From an uncultured delta proteobacterium (GTDB lineage Bacteria; Desulfobacterota; Desulfobacteria; Desulfobacterales; Desulfatirhabdiaceae), in assembly GCA_963789395.1 (NCBI GenBank), contig CAWBKP010000024.1:1-64000 (forward strand): 64,000 nucleotides of DNA. Direction: 5' to 3'. Positions 1 to 11,700 of this stretch are shown here, piece by piece (position 1 is the stretch's first letter; every line of letters begins with the position of its first letter). Below the pieces are notes generated by a model. It had not been told where the DNA came from and searched no databases. It saw only the letters and a list, made by a program, of their open reading frames with translations. The position numbers were made by a program, and so were the translations under genes.

Positions 1-420
1 GAGATTGCCGCCTGAATGCGTGATGATTATTCCTATCACATACTGAATGCGTAAGGTATTGTCAACCGTCTGTTTTCAAACAGTTGCCGGGTCCTGTTTT
101 TCGGATCTTACTTCTTTTCTACCCTGTAAAACGGTGCGTTCCGATATTTCGTGATAATTCGGCAACGAAACACGATAATCTTCTGTATTTCTATCAGTGG
201 TTTTTTTTAAAGAAAGAATGGTTATTTTATAAAATATTCATTGAAACTGAAAAGAGATATTCAGTCCACTTCGGTCAAGGATCGGCATAGATATTCGCTG
301 AAAGGGAGGTGGTAATTGCGCAATGATCGACTTTCGCCGAAATGGCGGGAAGAGAAGATTTCTATTTTATATGGAAGCCGTCAAACGTTGATGTTATGCA
401 AAACAGCAAAGGAGAATGAT

Positions 421-2256
421 ATGAGGAAAAAAATCTTGTTTGCTGTGATCTGCACCCTTATATTATCGGTGTCAGGCACGGCCCAATCTCAACCCCAACC
501 CCCCTTGGTGACCAGGGCCATTTCGGGAACCTGGGTTGACCTCTCCTGGACCCCGGTCCAAGGTGCGACAGGGTATACCCTGTCTTTTGCCCCGATTCCC
601 TTCACGGGTGTTGCGTCTATCGGGACCCTGGACATGGGGACATTAACCGGGGTATCTGGTTATCTCTGGGTTGGAGCCGCCTATTATATGGCGATCCAGG
701 CCCGTGACGGTTCCGGACTGAGCCCCTATTCAAATATCGTGGAAATCATCACAAGTCCCACCCAGGTGTTTGCGTTTAATGATCTGGGGATGCACTGCTA
801 CGACCCGGATTTTTCAGTCTTCAGCATCCTGCCTGTATACAATGTACTCCATGCGCAGGTGATTCAGAAAGGTGCTTCTCCAAAGATCACCGGTCCGGCT
901 GCGATCGTCACTTACCAGGCCCAGGCGGACGGGGCCGGATCGATCAACACGACCAGCATCGGCAAAACGAATTTCTGGGAATATGTACTGGACCTTTTTG
1001 GGGTAAACCCACCGGTGGATGAAGGGTTGCTCGGGGCAAAAATGCCCGGATCCCTGAATCAGCCACAACCTTTTTCGTGGGAAAGCGGAGCGACAAGTTG
1101 GTTTTCTGCCTCAGGCATTCCAATCACCAATGTGGATGACAGCTTCGCAATCAATTCCTTCCCGCTGATGAATGTGCAGGTTCTGGACCCGGCAAACGCT
1201 GCCGTCTTGTCGTCTTTGCCTGTCGTGGTTCCCATATCCGATGAAATGGCCTGCAATGTCTGTCACGCCACGGGAAATTCCGGTGCAGCCATTCCTGGCA
1301 TCGGCTGGAGCCAAAACGGTAATCCCGCACTTCAGTTCCGGGAAAACATCCTGATTCTTCATGATTACAGAAACAGCACGAACCTAAACAACAGACGGCC
1401 GGTCCTCTGCGCGTCCTGCCATTATTCCCCTGCACTGGATCTGAGCCATGCAGGGCCGGTGGGACCTCAAGCTTCGAATCCAACGCTGTCCCAGGCCGTT
1501 CACGGGTATCATGCCTCGCGGACGACCATACAGCCGCCCAACGGAAATGCCTGTTACTATTGCCATCCGGGCGAGAAAACACAGTGTGCCAGAGGGGCTA
1601 TGGACGCGGTGGGACTGACCTGCCTGGATTGTCACGGCACCATGACCGCGGTTGGCCAGGCAAGCCGCAAGCCCTGGCAGGACCTGCCCAAGTGCCAGTC
1701 CTGCCATACAGGTGATGCAATCAATAATTATGGCGGCCAGATTATCCGGCGCAGCACCTATGCCGACAGCCCGGATAAGGCCACTTTTATCATTGCCGCC
1801 AACAAGCGTTTTGCCGAACAGGACAACACGCTTTATCGGAACAGTGTCGGGCATAACGGCGTGGCATGTGAAGCCTGTCACGGCAGTCCCCATGCGGAAT
1901 GGCCGTCGCGGGAAGCCAATGATAATCTGACTGCAACGATGATTCAGGGTCATGACGGCATGATCACCGAATGCACGGCCTGTCATGAAACCGGATTGGC
2001 CCTGACGCCTAATGGCGGACCTCACGGCATGCACAATGTTAACAGTCAGGCATGGGTCAAAGGGCATAAACAATACGAATCTCAACAGGCCTGCGGTACC
2101 TGTCATGGTGTGACCGGAACTGGGACAGTGATTTCAAAGGCGGCCGTAAACCGGTCTTTTTTAGTTGAGGGTCGCATCGTTTCAATTTCCAAAGACACAC
2201 AGATCGGTTGCGGTCTTTGTCATGAAAACGAGCTTGCCGGCGGCGAAAACGATTAA
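421..2256 (+). CDS. Exported multiheme c-type cytochrome (9 CxxCH) with N-terminal fibronectin-III-like domain
   Basis: GGAG RBS before ATG 421; signal peptide MRKKILFAVIC...AQS; FN3-like LSWTPVQGATGYTL...YYMAIQA...S; NDLGMHC motif; heme motifs CNVCH, CASCH, CYYCH, CLDCH, CQSCH, CEACH, CTACH, CGTCH, CGLCH. Confidence 0.9.
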   Translation: MRKKILFAVICTLILSVSGTAQSQPQPPLVTRAISGTWVDLSWTPVQGATGYTLSFAPIPFTGVASIGTLDMGTLTGVSGYLWVGAAYYMAIQARDGSGLSPYSNIVEIITSPTQVFAFNDLGMHCYDPDFSVFSILPVYNVLHAQVIQKGASPKITGPAAIVTYQAQADGAGSINTTSIGKTNFWEYVLDLFGVNPPVDEGLLGAKMPGSLNQPQPFSWESGATSWFSASGIPITNVDDSFAINSFPLMNVQVLDPANAAVLSSLPVVVPISDEMACNVCHATGNSGAAIPGIGWSQNGNPALQFRENILILHDYRNSTNLNNRRPVLCASCHYSPALDLSHAGPVGPQASNPTLSQAVHGYHASRTTIQPPNGNACYYCHPGEKTQCARGAMDAVGLTCLDCHGTMTAVGQASRKPWQDLPKCQSCHTGDAINNYGGQIIRRSTYADSPDKATFIIAANKRFAEQDNTLYRNSVGHNGVACEACHGSPHAEWPSREANDNLTATMIQGHDGMITECTACHETGLALTPNGGPHGMHNVNSQAWVKGHKQYESQQACGTCHGVTGTGTVISKAAVNRSFLVEGRIVSISKDTQIGCGLCHENELAGGEND

Positions 2257-2568
2257 TCTGCCTTGATATTATACAGCCGATTATTTGTCGCGATGTGAAG
2301 TCCTTGGGTTTGGGCAGAGGTGCTTCAGCCAAAAAATACTTTTTCAGTGACACCAATCCGGTCAGTCGTAAACGCTCATCCTGCGCCTTGCGATTGGCCG
2401 GATCTTTTCGGGATAGAATTTTCCGCAAATTGATTGCGCCATATTTGACAAGCCGTTTTCAGTATGCACTTGGGTTTCATTCAATGATTTGTCATTCCGT
2501 TCCCATCGCTTTCCACAAAAAAGACCTCATGCGATATTTAAACTTTATTTGCAGCGTTCCTTGGCTTT

Positions 2569-2863
2569 CATTCATTTGAAAATGGCCTTGAATTACAAAA
2601 AGGCTTGAGAACTTGTTTCGAGTATTATAATCGGGCACGGACGCATCAGTCGTTGAACAGGATGACCCCCGACGAATGCTGTTTCAAAGATCAGGAAAAA
2701 AACTGGCGGACTGATGGTCAGGCGCCAACCGGGCCAATTCCAGTCGCCCTGAGGGCTCCTTCCATTGGCCCGGTTGCAATGCCTACGAGAAGCGAACAAA
2801 CAACATAACCGACTCAGCGCTTATTCACATTGAAAAGCTGTCCAAAGCATGGGGACCACCGCA
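2569..2863 (+). mobile_element. IS3-family remnant (transposase C-terminus plus putative right end)
   Basis: Frame reads HSFENGLELQKGLRTCFEYYNRARTHQSLNRMTPDE, the IS3 OrfB end pattern YNxxRxHxSLxxxTP; followed by TGTCCAAAGCATGGGGACCACCGCA, resembling an IS3 end terminating in CA. Confidence 0.7.
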
Positions 2864-2901
2864 CTGTGGGATCTGGTAATTATTTACAAACGAAAGTCTT
2901 C

Positions 2902-5447
2902 TCATTCAAAAGCCTTGCGAATCGTTTCCGACAGCGCTGTAAGCCCATATGGTTTTTGAATGAATCCAGCGCAGCCGCGTTTCATTATTTCCGCAGCCTT
3001 TCCATCGATGCTGTAGCCGCTTGAAAGAATGATCCTGGCCTTGGAATTGATGGATTTGATTCGCTGAATCATCTCGCCGCCGTCCATCGCCGGCATGATC
3101 ATATCCAGAATCACCAAATCGATTTTTTCGAATTCCCGGCCGTAGATCTCCAGGGCTTCCTGGCCGGATTGAGCAGTGACAACAGTGTATCCGAGGACTT
3201 CAAGGAATTGTTTGCCGATATCGAGAATAAAAGCTTCATCGTCAACGAGCATAATCGATTCGGTTCCTTTCAACAGTGTTGTCGGGGCCGGACTCTGTAT
3301 TGTTACGGGTATTTCCGATGCCGGTAGATAAAAACTGAACGTGCTGCCTTGTCCGATGTCGCTGTCCGCGCAGATCCATCCGCCGTGATTTCGAATTATG
3401 CCGTAAGATGAAGCCAATCCCAATCCCGTTCCCCGCCCCATTTCCTTTGTGGTGAAAAACGGCTCGAATATTCGCGCCTTAGTAGCATCATCCATTCCAA
3501 TACCAGTATCTGTGACGGATATTTTTACATAATTGCCTGGACGCAATTCAGGAGGCCAAGGCATAATTTCGTCAGTAACGTAGTTTTCCGTTCGCAGTTG
3601 CAGATTTCCGCCGCCGGGCATGGCCTGCCAGGCATTGACGAATAAATTCAGCAGCACCTGATGCATTTGCCCCTGGTCGACTTCCGTTGTCCAAAGTTGG
3701 GGTTCGTAATCCTTGTGTATCTGAATTTCTTTGCGTGTCCGTCCGAACATGTCAATGCTCTGGTCCAGAATGTCATTCATGCGGGTAGGCTTGATTTCAT
3801 ATTTGCCCCCTCTGGCAAACCCCAGAAGCTGTCGGGTCAGATCGGTTGCGCTTTTCACGCAATCTTCGATGCGGTTGAGGTGTTCAATATAAGGAGACCC
3901 TGACTCCATTCCGAACAGCATCAGCGATATGCGGCCCTGAATTCCCATTAACAAATTGTTGAAATCGTGTGCAATGCCGCCTGCCAGCGTGCCGACGGCC
4001 TCCATTTTTTGAGCCTGTCGCAGACTGGTTTCCAGATTCAGCTGATCGGTGATATCTCTGACAAAATTCAGCGTCGCGGGTCGCCCTTCCCATGCGATGT
4101 TGACGGCGTTTAATTGTACGGAGTATTCTTTTCCATTGCTGGCAACAATCCTGAAGGAATAATTCGTAGGCAGGTGTTCTTCTCCGGACAATCTGCGACG
4201 ATGCAGATCAACGACTCTTTGGCGATCTTCTGTGTGAATGAAGTCGGCAAAAGGTATTTCTGACGGTTGTTCTTTTGTAACCCCCAGGATTTCAAGTGCC
4301 CTTGGATTTGGAAACTTTATTTTGCCATCCTGTGCGATGAAAATGGCATCATGGGCATTTTCAACCAGCAACCGGTATTGTTTCTCGCTTTCCCTCAGCG
4401 CTTCCTCCGCCTCCAGTCGTTTTCTGATGTCGCGGCAGATGTTTACGGTTCCGTAGGGCGTTCCGTCATTCCTGCGAAGGACATCCGAATTGATTTCAAA
4501 GGGGATCTGTTCTCCGCTCTTAATGATAAGCGCGTATTCTTTGGGGCCCAGTCTGTGGTCGAACATGAGCAACATGTTCTCCACGGCGGATTTCTGGTCC
4601 TCCGGCGTGATGAATTCCAGAAGGTTTTTCCCCAGTATCTCAGATTGCTGATATCCGCTGATCTGCAGCGCAATATCATTCACAAAGAGAATCCGACCAT
4701 TGACATCGGTTCGGACAACGACATCGGGTATGGCGGCAATCAGCTTGATGTATAGCTCCTCGGTTTCCTGCAGGGTTTTCTCAGCGCGGCGAAGTTCCTT
4801 CTGAACTTCAATCTCGCGCCGGAGAAATACCTGCCTGCGGGCAATGAGAAAAATCATGATAACCGAAATTGTCAGCGTCAGCAGGAAAAGCAGATTGACG
4901 CTGAGAAGAAAATGATCCAGCCGAATACGCTGCTCAGTCAGGATTTTCTGTGCGATTTTCTGGGAGTCATGGTTCAGGGTTCTGGCTTTTGAATATGCCT
5001 GTTGTGATTCTTGACAGGGCAATGTCCAGTGTTGTGGTTGTTTCCGGGCCATACCCCGATACACCTTCTTGCAGCCAGAGTTGTACGTCGCTGATGGCTG
5101 GCGCAACAACTGCGTGAAAAGCGGAAGCTTGAACCAGGTTGTCGAATACATAGGTATTCCGTAGTTTCACCACGCCATCAAAGACAATCTTGACTTTGTG
5201 GCGAAGCTGAATATAGTTTTCAGGATTGGGTATCATCCGGGTCGCCTCTGCGGCGGATACGACTTCTGCAAGGTCTTCGACAATCAAGGCAAGCGCTTCA
5301 AGCTCTGAGAGCAGCGTGATCGGAATATTTTTTTCAATAGATCGCAGCGTAATGTTGGTCAAAATTCCGGTAGCTAATCACGGCAGCAATGACCACTGCG
5401 ATGACACCCCATTGAAATATCTGAGAAAAGTGGTGAGAAGATTTCAT
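2902..5447 (-). CDS. Membrane hybrid sensor histidine kinase (TM-periplasmic-TM, 2 PAS, HisKA, HATPase, REC); frameshifts near 5365 and 5000
   Basis: H-box IAHDFNNLL, N-box LNLFVNAWQAM, DTGIGMD, FFTTK, GTGLGL; C-terminal receiver LVDDE...LDMIMP...QKP. N-terminus continues in ORF 4967-5362 and back to ATG 5447 (MKSSHHFSQIFQWGVIAVVIAAVI). Confidence 0.88.
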
Positions 5448-6553
5448 GGCGAACGGGCTCCCTTTGTCAGCAGACCCTTTTCCAGATAAAAGCGTTCTGC
5501 GCCGGCGTGAAGCGGAATGGATAATCCTGTTAACGCTGTTTCCGGAGTGATCATTTTCCCCTGCGGGTGCCCTTCTTTCAGTAAAGATAGGGTGCGTTCA
5601 CTCCAGAGCGCGGCAGTCACCTGGTAGACCAGGTTCTCTGAAGTTTCCGCACTCACTACCAGCAAGGCGAAGACCTGAAGGGTCGATGTCTCCGCAATGT
5701 TAGGATATACGCTGGCGGGTATTTTGCCCGGAACAAGAAAGGGATAGCGAGCACTAATTCCGGATGCTGTTTTTATATCAATGGGCACCAGAAACAGCCC
5801 GATGTCAGAAAGTTGTGTGACCGCTTTCATCGGGGCTCCAGCCATCATTGCAAACCCCTGAATTTCATTATTAGCCATTTTTTCCTGTGTGAACGCGGGT
5901 TTTAAATATACAGGAAGAAAATCACTTTCCGAAAGTCCATAGGCGGCCAGAACAATCCGCATGACCGACAGCGTTCCTGAACCCGGTTCATCAATGGAAA
6001 AGTGTTTGCCGCGCAGATCCGGCACACTGAGAATATTGGCATCACGTCTGGTAACAAGCTGAAACATTTCTGGATAAAGACTTGCTACCGCGCGAACAAC
6101 GCGTCCACTGAGATCACCGGCAAAAACCTGTTCCGCCAGATACGCCCAGGCCGCAACATCGGCCTGAACCAATCCGGCTTCGATCTGGCCGGAAATCACG
6201 GCCCGCACGTTTTCAATTGAGCCGGCAGAGTTCTGCGCCACCCCAATGATACCGGGTACACCGATTACAGTGGCATTGGGAGATGGTTTTTTCTTTTCCG
6301 GTATGGTCAGTCCCTCTGCAATCAATTTGCCGATAGGATAATAGACGCCTGTGGACCCTCCGGTTCCGATGCGAAAGAACTTGTGGGTTTCTCCGGCAGC
6401 AGAGGAGGGAAGGGGCGGCAGCAGAAACACAGCAAGCATCATTAATGGTGCTAAAACAGATTTCAGAATTGACAATCGCCATTTTGGAATTTTACGCGCT
6501 TTTGCAAGGGGCGCTGCGTCATTGGTGCATAGAACTGGAAAAGCGAATGCCAT
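5444..6553 (-). CDS. TAXI-family TRAP solute-binding protein
   Basis: RIGTGGSTGVYYPIG, SAGSIEN, LVQADVA, SLYPE, GSGT and IPLHAGAERF motifs; GGAG RBS before ATG 6553; hydrophobic signal segment. Confidence 0.9.
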   Translation of the reverse strand: MAFAFPVLCTNDAAPLAKARKIPKWRLSILKSVLAPLMMLAVFLLPPLPSSAAGETHKFFRIGTGGSTGVYYPIGKLIAEGLTIPEKKKPSPNATVIGVPGIIGVAQNSAGSIENVRAVISGQIEAGLVQADVAAWAYLAEQVFAGDLSGRVVRAVASLYPEMFQLVTRRDANILSVPDLRGKHFSIDEPGSGTLSVMRIVLAAYGLSESDFLPVYLKPAFTQEKMANNEIQGFAMMAGAPMKAVTQLSDIGLFLVPIDIKTASGISARYPFLVPGKIPASVYPNIAETSTLQVFALLVVSAETSENLVYQVTAALWSERTLSLLKEGHPQGKMITPETALTGLSIPLHAGAERFYLEKGLLTKGARSP

Positions 6554-6726
6554 GGGTATTCTCCCAAAATGGATTTTAGGTTGTTTCGCAGGCATATTAG
6601 TGGAATGCCGGCATATCCATGATCCTGGCCTGTATGTTTTATGCACTTCAAATACAGGGAGGTGATGAGATTTCCCTTGATTTTTTCGATCGGAACCATA
6701 AGGGGGTTCGATTCAGAACGATAAAA

Positions 6727-6865
6727 TCATCGGTTTTCCCATCTGCCAATGTCTCCGCGTTCTGAAAGGAGACAAGGGGCGCTCGCCAGGCAGCAGAGAA
6801 CACTCGATTTGATAGATGTGGCAACCGTATCGGGGTTATTCCCAGGCAGATGATCTTTCCGATGA
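6727..6865 (-). ncRNA. Candidate structured RNA upstream of the TAXI-kinase operon (unassigned)
   Basis: Nested pairings TCATCGG 6727-6733/CCGATGA 6859-6865 and CATCTGCC 6740-6747/GGCAGATG 6845-6852 enclose hairpin TGTCTCC/GGAGACA and further short stems; no credible ORF. Confidence 0.35.
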
Positions 6866-7325
6866 GAGAAGTTAGTTTGAAAGCCAGATCGGGGTTTGTT
6901 AAAGAAAAGCTATAAAAAGAGTAGTCAGGGTTAATGATATGTCTGCAGCGTTTTTCTACGGTTCCATATTCATTGATATTACATCGATGTCTGAAGGGAA
7001 GGCCGATGCCACCAACATGGCAGCCGCGATAGCATCGATATCGTTATTGAAATGCGGATGCGGAATTTCCGGATGCGGAGGCAATGATAGATTATAAGCC
7101 TGCTGAATATGCTTGTGTAATCAATTATAACCGTGAAACTCTGAGAAAATAGTTGGCCTGATGTATCCGTTACTGAGAAGCACCTGAAAATCATAGTCAA
7201 GTGAGAAGTTAATTTCCTTTTATGCATATCTCACTGCGAGGTTCCATTTCTTTCCCAGGTCTATCCTGCCATCGGACGCATTGTTCTGATCCAGCGCCAG
7301 CGTCGATTCAAGTATATGGACGGGT

Positions 7326-8444
7326 TTATGGATCTATTCGTGCCTTCCAATTTTTCATTTTATCATGGGGCCATTTCACACAGAAGGCTGCCTTCTTTTT
7401 CATGACCAGCTTCGTACACGTGTCGCCGCAGTCCGGGCTGCAGTGGACAATGTCATCGGCTTTGCCCTGTTTTACTTTTTCAGGCCATTCGGGATCTGCC
7501 CACAGGACGCGCGCCAGTCCGATTAAATCGGCCTTGTTTTCTTTAAGAATGCTTTCCGCAAGGGAGCCCGTTGATATTCTTCCGGCAGTGATGACCGGAA
7601 TGTCGACTTCCTTTTTGACTGCTGCGGCCAGATCAACCATATAACCGCTTTCTTCTGATTTCTTGACGATATCCGGCAAAAAGAAAGATTCATAAGTGCC
7701 GCCCATGACAGAAAGATAGGCAATGCCTGCGGATTCGAGAGAACGGGCAAACAGAACGGATTCATTCAGTTGCAGCCCGTCTGGCAGCCATTCATCTGCC
7801 AGAAAACGATACCCCACCGGAAAATCGCCTACTTTATTTTTTACCGCCGCAACCACTTCAAGCGCAAATCTCTGCCGATTCTCAATGGAACCCCCGTATT
7901 CGTCCTCTCTTCTGTTGGTTCTGGGAGAGAGGAACTGCGCCAGCAGATATCCAGTTCCGCCATGCAGCTCCACCATGTCAAAGCCTGCTTCTTTCACGCG
8001 TAATGCCGCATCGGCATAGCGATTCACAATTGTACGGATTTCTGTTTTGTTCAAAGCCTTTGGCATTCTCCCGAATGTTTCAACAGCAGACGGTGCAACC
8101 GGTTCATTCACACCGGCAAACCGCCCGGCATGGTTGATCTGGAGACAGGCAACAGCACCTTCCTGCTGAATGGTTACGGACAATTGTTTCAATCCGTCCG
8201 CGCAATCATCGGAATCCGCCCGAAGCGTTCTGTCGGAACCGCTGCCTGTCGGATGGTCTATTGTTGCGTTCTCAACCACGACCATCGCCACCCCGCTTTT
8301 TGCCATCAATCGGTAGTGATCCAGCATTAAACCGCTCACGGTACCGCCTTCTCCGGCATAACCGAGATACAGCGGCGCCATCGTCAATCTGTTTTTCAGC
8401 GTGATTCTGCCAACGTTGAATTCTGAAAATAGATGTGTGTACAT
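7326..8444 (-). CDS. NADH:flavin oxidoreductase, Old Yellow Enzyme family
   Basis: LKNRLTMAP, QINHAGR, AGFDMVELHGGTGYLLAQFLSPRTNRREDEYGGSIENR motifs. Confidence 0.92.
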   Translation of the reverse strand: MYTHLFSEFNVGRITLKNRLTMAPLYLGYAGEGGTVSGLMLDHYRLMAKSGVAMVVVENATIDHPTGSGSDRTLRADSDDCADGLKQLSVTIQQEGAVACLQINHAGRFAGVNEPVAPSAVETFGRMPKALNKTEIRTIVNRYADAALRVKEAGFDMVELHGGTGYLLAQFLSPRTNRREDEYGGSIENRQRFALEVVAAVKNKVGDFPVGYRFLADEWLPDGLQLNESVLFARSLESAGIAYLSVMGGTYESFFLPDIVKKSEESGYMVDLAAAVKKEVDIPVITAGRISTGSLAESILKENKADLIGLARVLWADPEWPEKVKQGKADDIVHCSPDCGDTCTKLVMKKKAAFCVKWPHDKMKNWKARIDP

Positions 8445-8710
8445 GATTCAACTCCTTTAACGGCTTATGGGTAATTTGATAAGACCAATTGTTTCAGGTA
8501 TTGAAAACGGCAACCAATCCATCAGGCTCGAGATGTGTGACAGCCAGATGGGATAGGTGAAGGTTTAACGCATGCAACAAGCCAATAGGGTCCGGGCGAC
8601 GTGGACCTGCCTAAGTTGTGGCCACTGAATTTCGTGTTTGCAACTCCAGTTGTGCAGCAAACGCAGGCTATGCAGAATGTCAGCAACATTGATACAGCGA
8701 AAAAACCAGA

Positions 8711-11700
8711 TCACGACGCCAGAAGCCATACCCGCAGCAGTTCGCTGACGCCCCATGCCTGGGCGTCGCAGCCTCGGGGTATGTGGGGGAAATTGCCGTC
8801 CAGGATTTCCGGGACGTGGCCGAGGCAGCCGGTGCGAATCAGATCGATACTGCTGTAAAGCAATGCCCTTGCCGTGGCCTTGCCTTCATCGCCGTAGCGC
8901 AGCATCCAGGCTTCGCAGTATGAAGGAAATTGCCATGTCCATGCCGTGCCGTTATGGTAGGCGGGTTTGCGGCGGGTGTCTTCGTCACCTGCGTACCGGC
9001 CCTGATAGGGGTTGTGGGGATCATTGATGAGTTGCCCGTTGTGACGGATCTCCAGGGGACGATTCAGGGGCCTGTCCGCAAGGCTTCGTATGGCGCCGGG
9101 GACCAGAAGGGTTTGACAGGCTGAAAGAACCGAACTGCAGATATCGTCATTGCAAATGAGCCCCAAGGTGAGGGCCAGAAGCTGATTGGGCCGTAAAGCA
9201 TCATCTTTTTCCGCCATCCGGGCCGGAACTCCAGGACCGGCATGCAGGCAGTCCGAAAGGAATCCTTCTTCTGGAAGAAAAAAGAGGTCCGTTACCGAAC
9301 GGCGGACCTTTTCCGCAAGATCCTCCCATTTTTCGGCTTTTTCCGGTATGTCGTGCTTTGACAGGAAGGTGAGGGCGGCAAACCAAAGGGCCTGGATTTC
9401 GATGGCATAGCCTTCCCGAGGAGTTCCGGCAGGGTGGTTGGTGTCCATCCAGGTATAGTGGGCGGGGCTGAAAACAAGGCCGGTATCCGGATCGATGCGA
9501 ATACCGTTTGATGTGCCGGACAAATAGGACTCGCCGATGGAAACCAGAACTTCCCGAATGGTACGGTTTCCGCAGGCATGGTTTAAAAACCGGTCTTTGC
9601 CTTCGGCCCGGATCAGATCGTTGCAGGCGACAAAAAACCAGAGCGGGGCATCCGAGGTGTCGCGGTTGGCGGCATCGTCTCCGCAGATCATGTTCGGAAG
9701 GGTTCCCCGGGACTCAAACTGGCCGAACTGGATGAGAACATCCCGCGATTCGCTTAGAAACCCCGCGGCGATCATGCCCCGGACTGCGATCAGTGCATCG
9801 CGGCCCCAGTCCAGAAACCAGGGATAGCCCGCGATCACGGATTTGAGATTTCCGCGGTTGACGATATACTGATGAAGCGCAGCTTTCAACCCATCGGAGA
9901 AAGACGGTGCCACCGGAGTATTGAAAGCCGCGGCAAACTTTTTTCGAAATCGGGTTTGGGTCAGGGCCAGGGGCCCGGCGTCGGCTGCCGTGATGGATGC
10001 GGTCAGCTCGGCATTCTGTCCGCCGGCCAACAAAAGGGAAAAATATCCCGGGCTGAACAGGTCCGAATCCGGATCCAGTCCGCGTTCTGCCTCCAGGCGG
10101 CGATGGATCATATACTGCCATTGCGATTCGGAATGATACCGGCCGGCGGGCAGCCTGACTTCCAGTCGATGGAACGGATCCGGATGAAAAATAAAACCGT
10201 CGGGTCCGGCGGTAACGCTCGCGGGAAACAGGGTTTCCAATCCCAGATAAGCCTTGGTGGTTTCGTGAAAATTCCTGTTTTCGATATCCGGGCGAAGAAT
10301 CACCTGGACGGGCTTGGCATCCGGAAGAGTAGACTGATTGCCGTCTGCAGGATAACGGTACCAGAGCATTCGCAGCCGGTTCTCATGGGGGTCCAGGCGC
10401 ATGCCGACGGTTAACAGGACATGCTCTCCCTGGCCGGAGGGGACGCGAAACCGCCAGAGTCCCCAGCCGGATTCATCCTGGGTAAAGGCGTCGAAACAGT
10501 CCATGCAGATTTCGGTGGAATATCCCTGATATAGTCCCCAGGCCCGAAAACGGGTCATCATGATCCAGCGATTTTCGGGAATGCTCGGGTGCAGATTCGC
10601 TGCCAGCAGTGCATCATACCGGCTTGTCAATTCACCCCAGGCGATGGGTACGCGCAGCATGGCGCCCCGGTTATTGGTGGACAGAAACAGGGCCGGCGAA
10701 CCCGCAATGTCGGCATGGGAGTAGAGGGGCGGAAAACAGGGTTCATCCGGTTGGGACAAAAGCAGTATGGATGCATTCCGATGATCGCAGCGCTCCGGAG
10801 AATAGACCGACAGCTTCAGTCCGTAAACCCGGGAACGGGACGGTGCGGGCAGGGGAGCGAAGAGGGCAAAATGGTTTCCATGTGAACCAGTCAGGCTCTG
10901 TTCCTGAACAAGCGTTTTTTCGCCGTCCGTAATTCTGGCCCGGAAAGCTGTTTTGACGCGGATCAGCAGAAAATGATCCGGCGGAAGCATCACCATGCGA
11001 TGGCCGTCCCGGGGCCAGTTCCAGAAGACGATGCGGGGTTCTGTGGTGAAAGGATTCAGTTTGCGGCAGCATGCGACCGGATCCGCAGCCAGAAGGGAAG
11101 CGGCCTGATCCAGATCCAGGTCTTCGATATCCTCAAGTCCGTGGATTGCCTTTCGAATATCCAGAACTTTTGCGCGCAGACACTGGCGGTTCAGGTGTTC
11201 CGGAAGGGCTGACGGCTGTTCCAGTTCCTGGTGAAGCCGGTCAATTTCGCTAAAATCATCGGTGAGGCACAGCACTTGTCCGGGACCGAGATTGCAGCAA
11301 TGGTGGCCTTCACATTCCGTAAGCGCAACGGGTTCACCGGAGAGAAGATCCGAGAGTACCAGTGTCGGATGCAGTGGCGTCCAGAACGCCTGGGCGGACT
11401 GCTGATCATCCAGATTGACAACAACCAGAAGCTTTTTCTGCGACGGCTCATGGCAGCGAAGCAGGGCAAGATAATTGCCGGAGCCGGCCTGGACGAACTG
11501 CATTCGGGTTTGATCCTGAAATGCCGGATGCGTCTTTAAGATGGCGTTTAATCGGCGAATCAAGTCGATCTGGTTGATTTCGGCACCCCAGTTGAGGGAA
11601 GGGGACTCATGGACAATGATCTTTTCCGTGGCCAGCCATTCCACCCCATTGGCGAACCCGAAGCCACCCAGATGGGAAAGCAGTGCGCAAAGAGCGGTCC

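Noticed and set aside
282..299. Sigma-54-like promoter TCGGCATAGATATTCGCT before the cytochrome gene
   Set aside because: Spacing is GG-N11-GC; valid only if one base is a sequencing insertion.
330..352. GAAA-type hairpin as a cyclic dinucleotide riboswitch before the cytochrome
   Set aside because: The flanking conserved GGYAAA and CAAAG elements and second stem are not visible.
8602..8626. TGGACCTGCC...GGCCAC resembling a solo IS3 end
   Set aside because: No partner repeat or transposase sequence nearby; too short to support.
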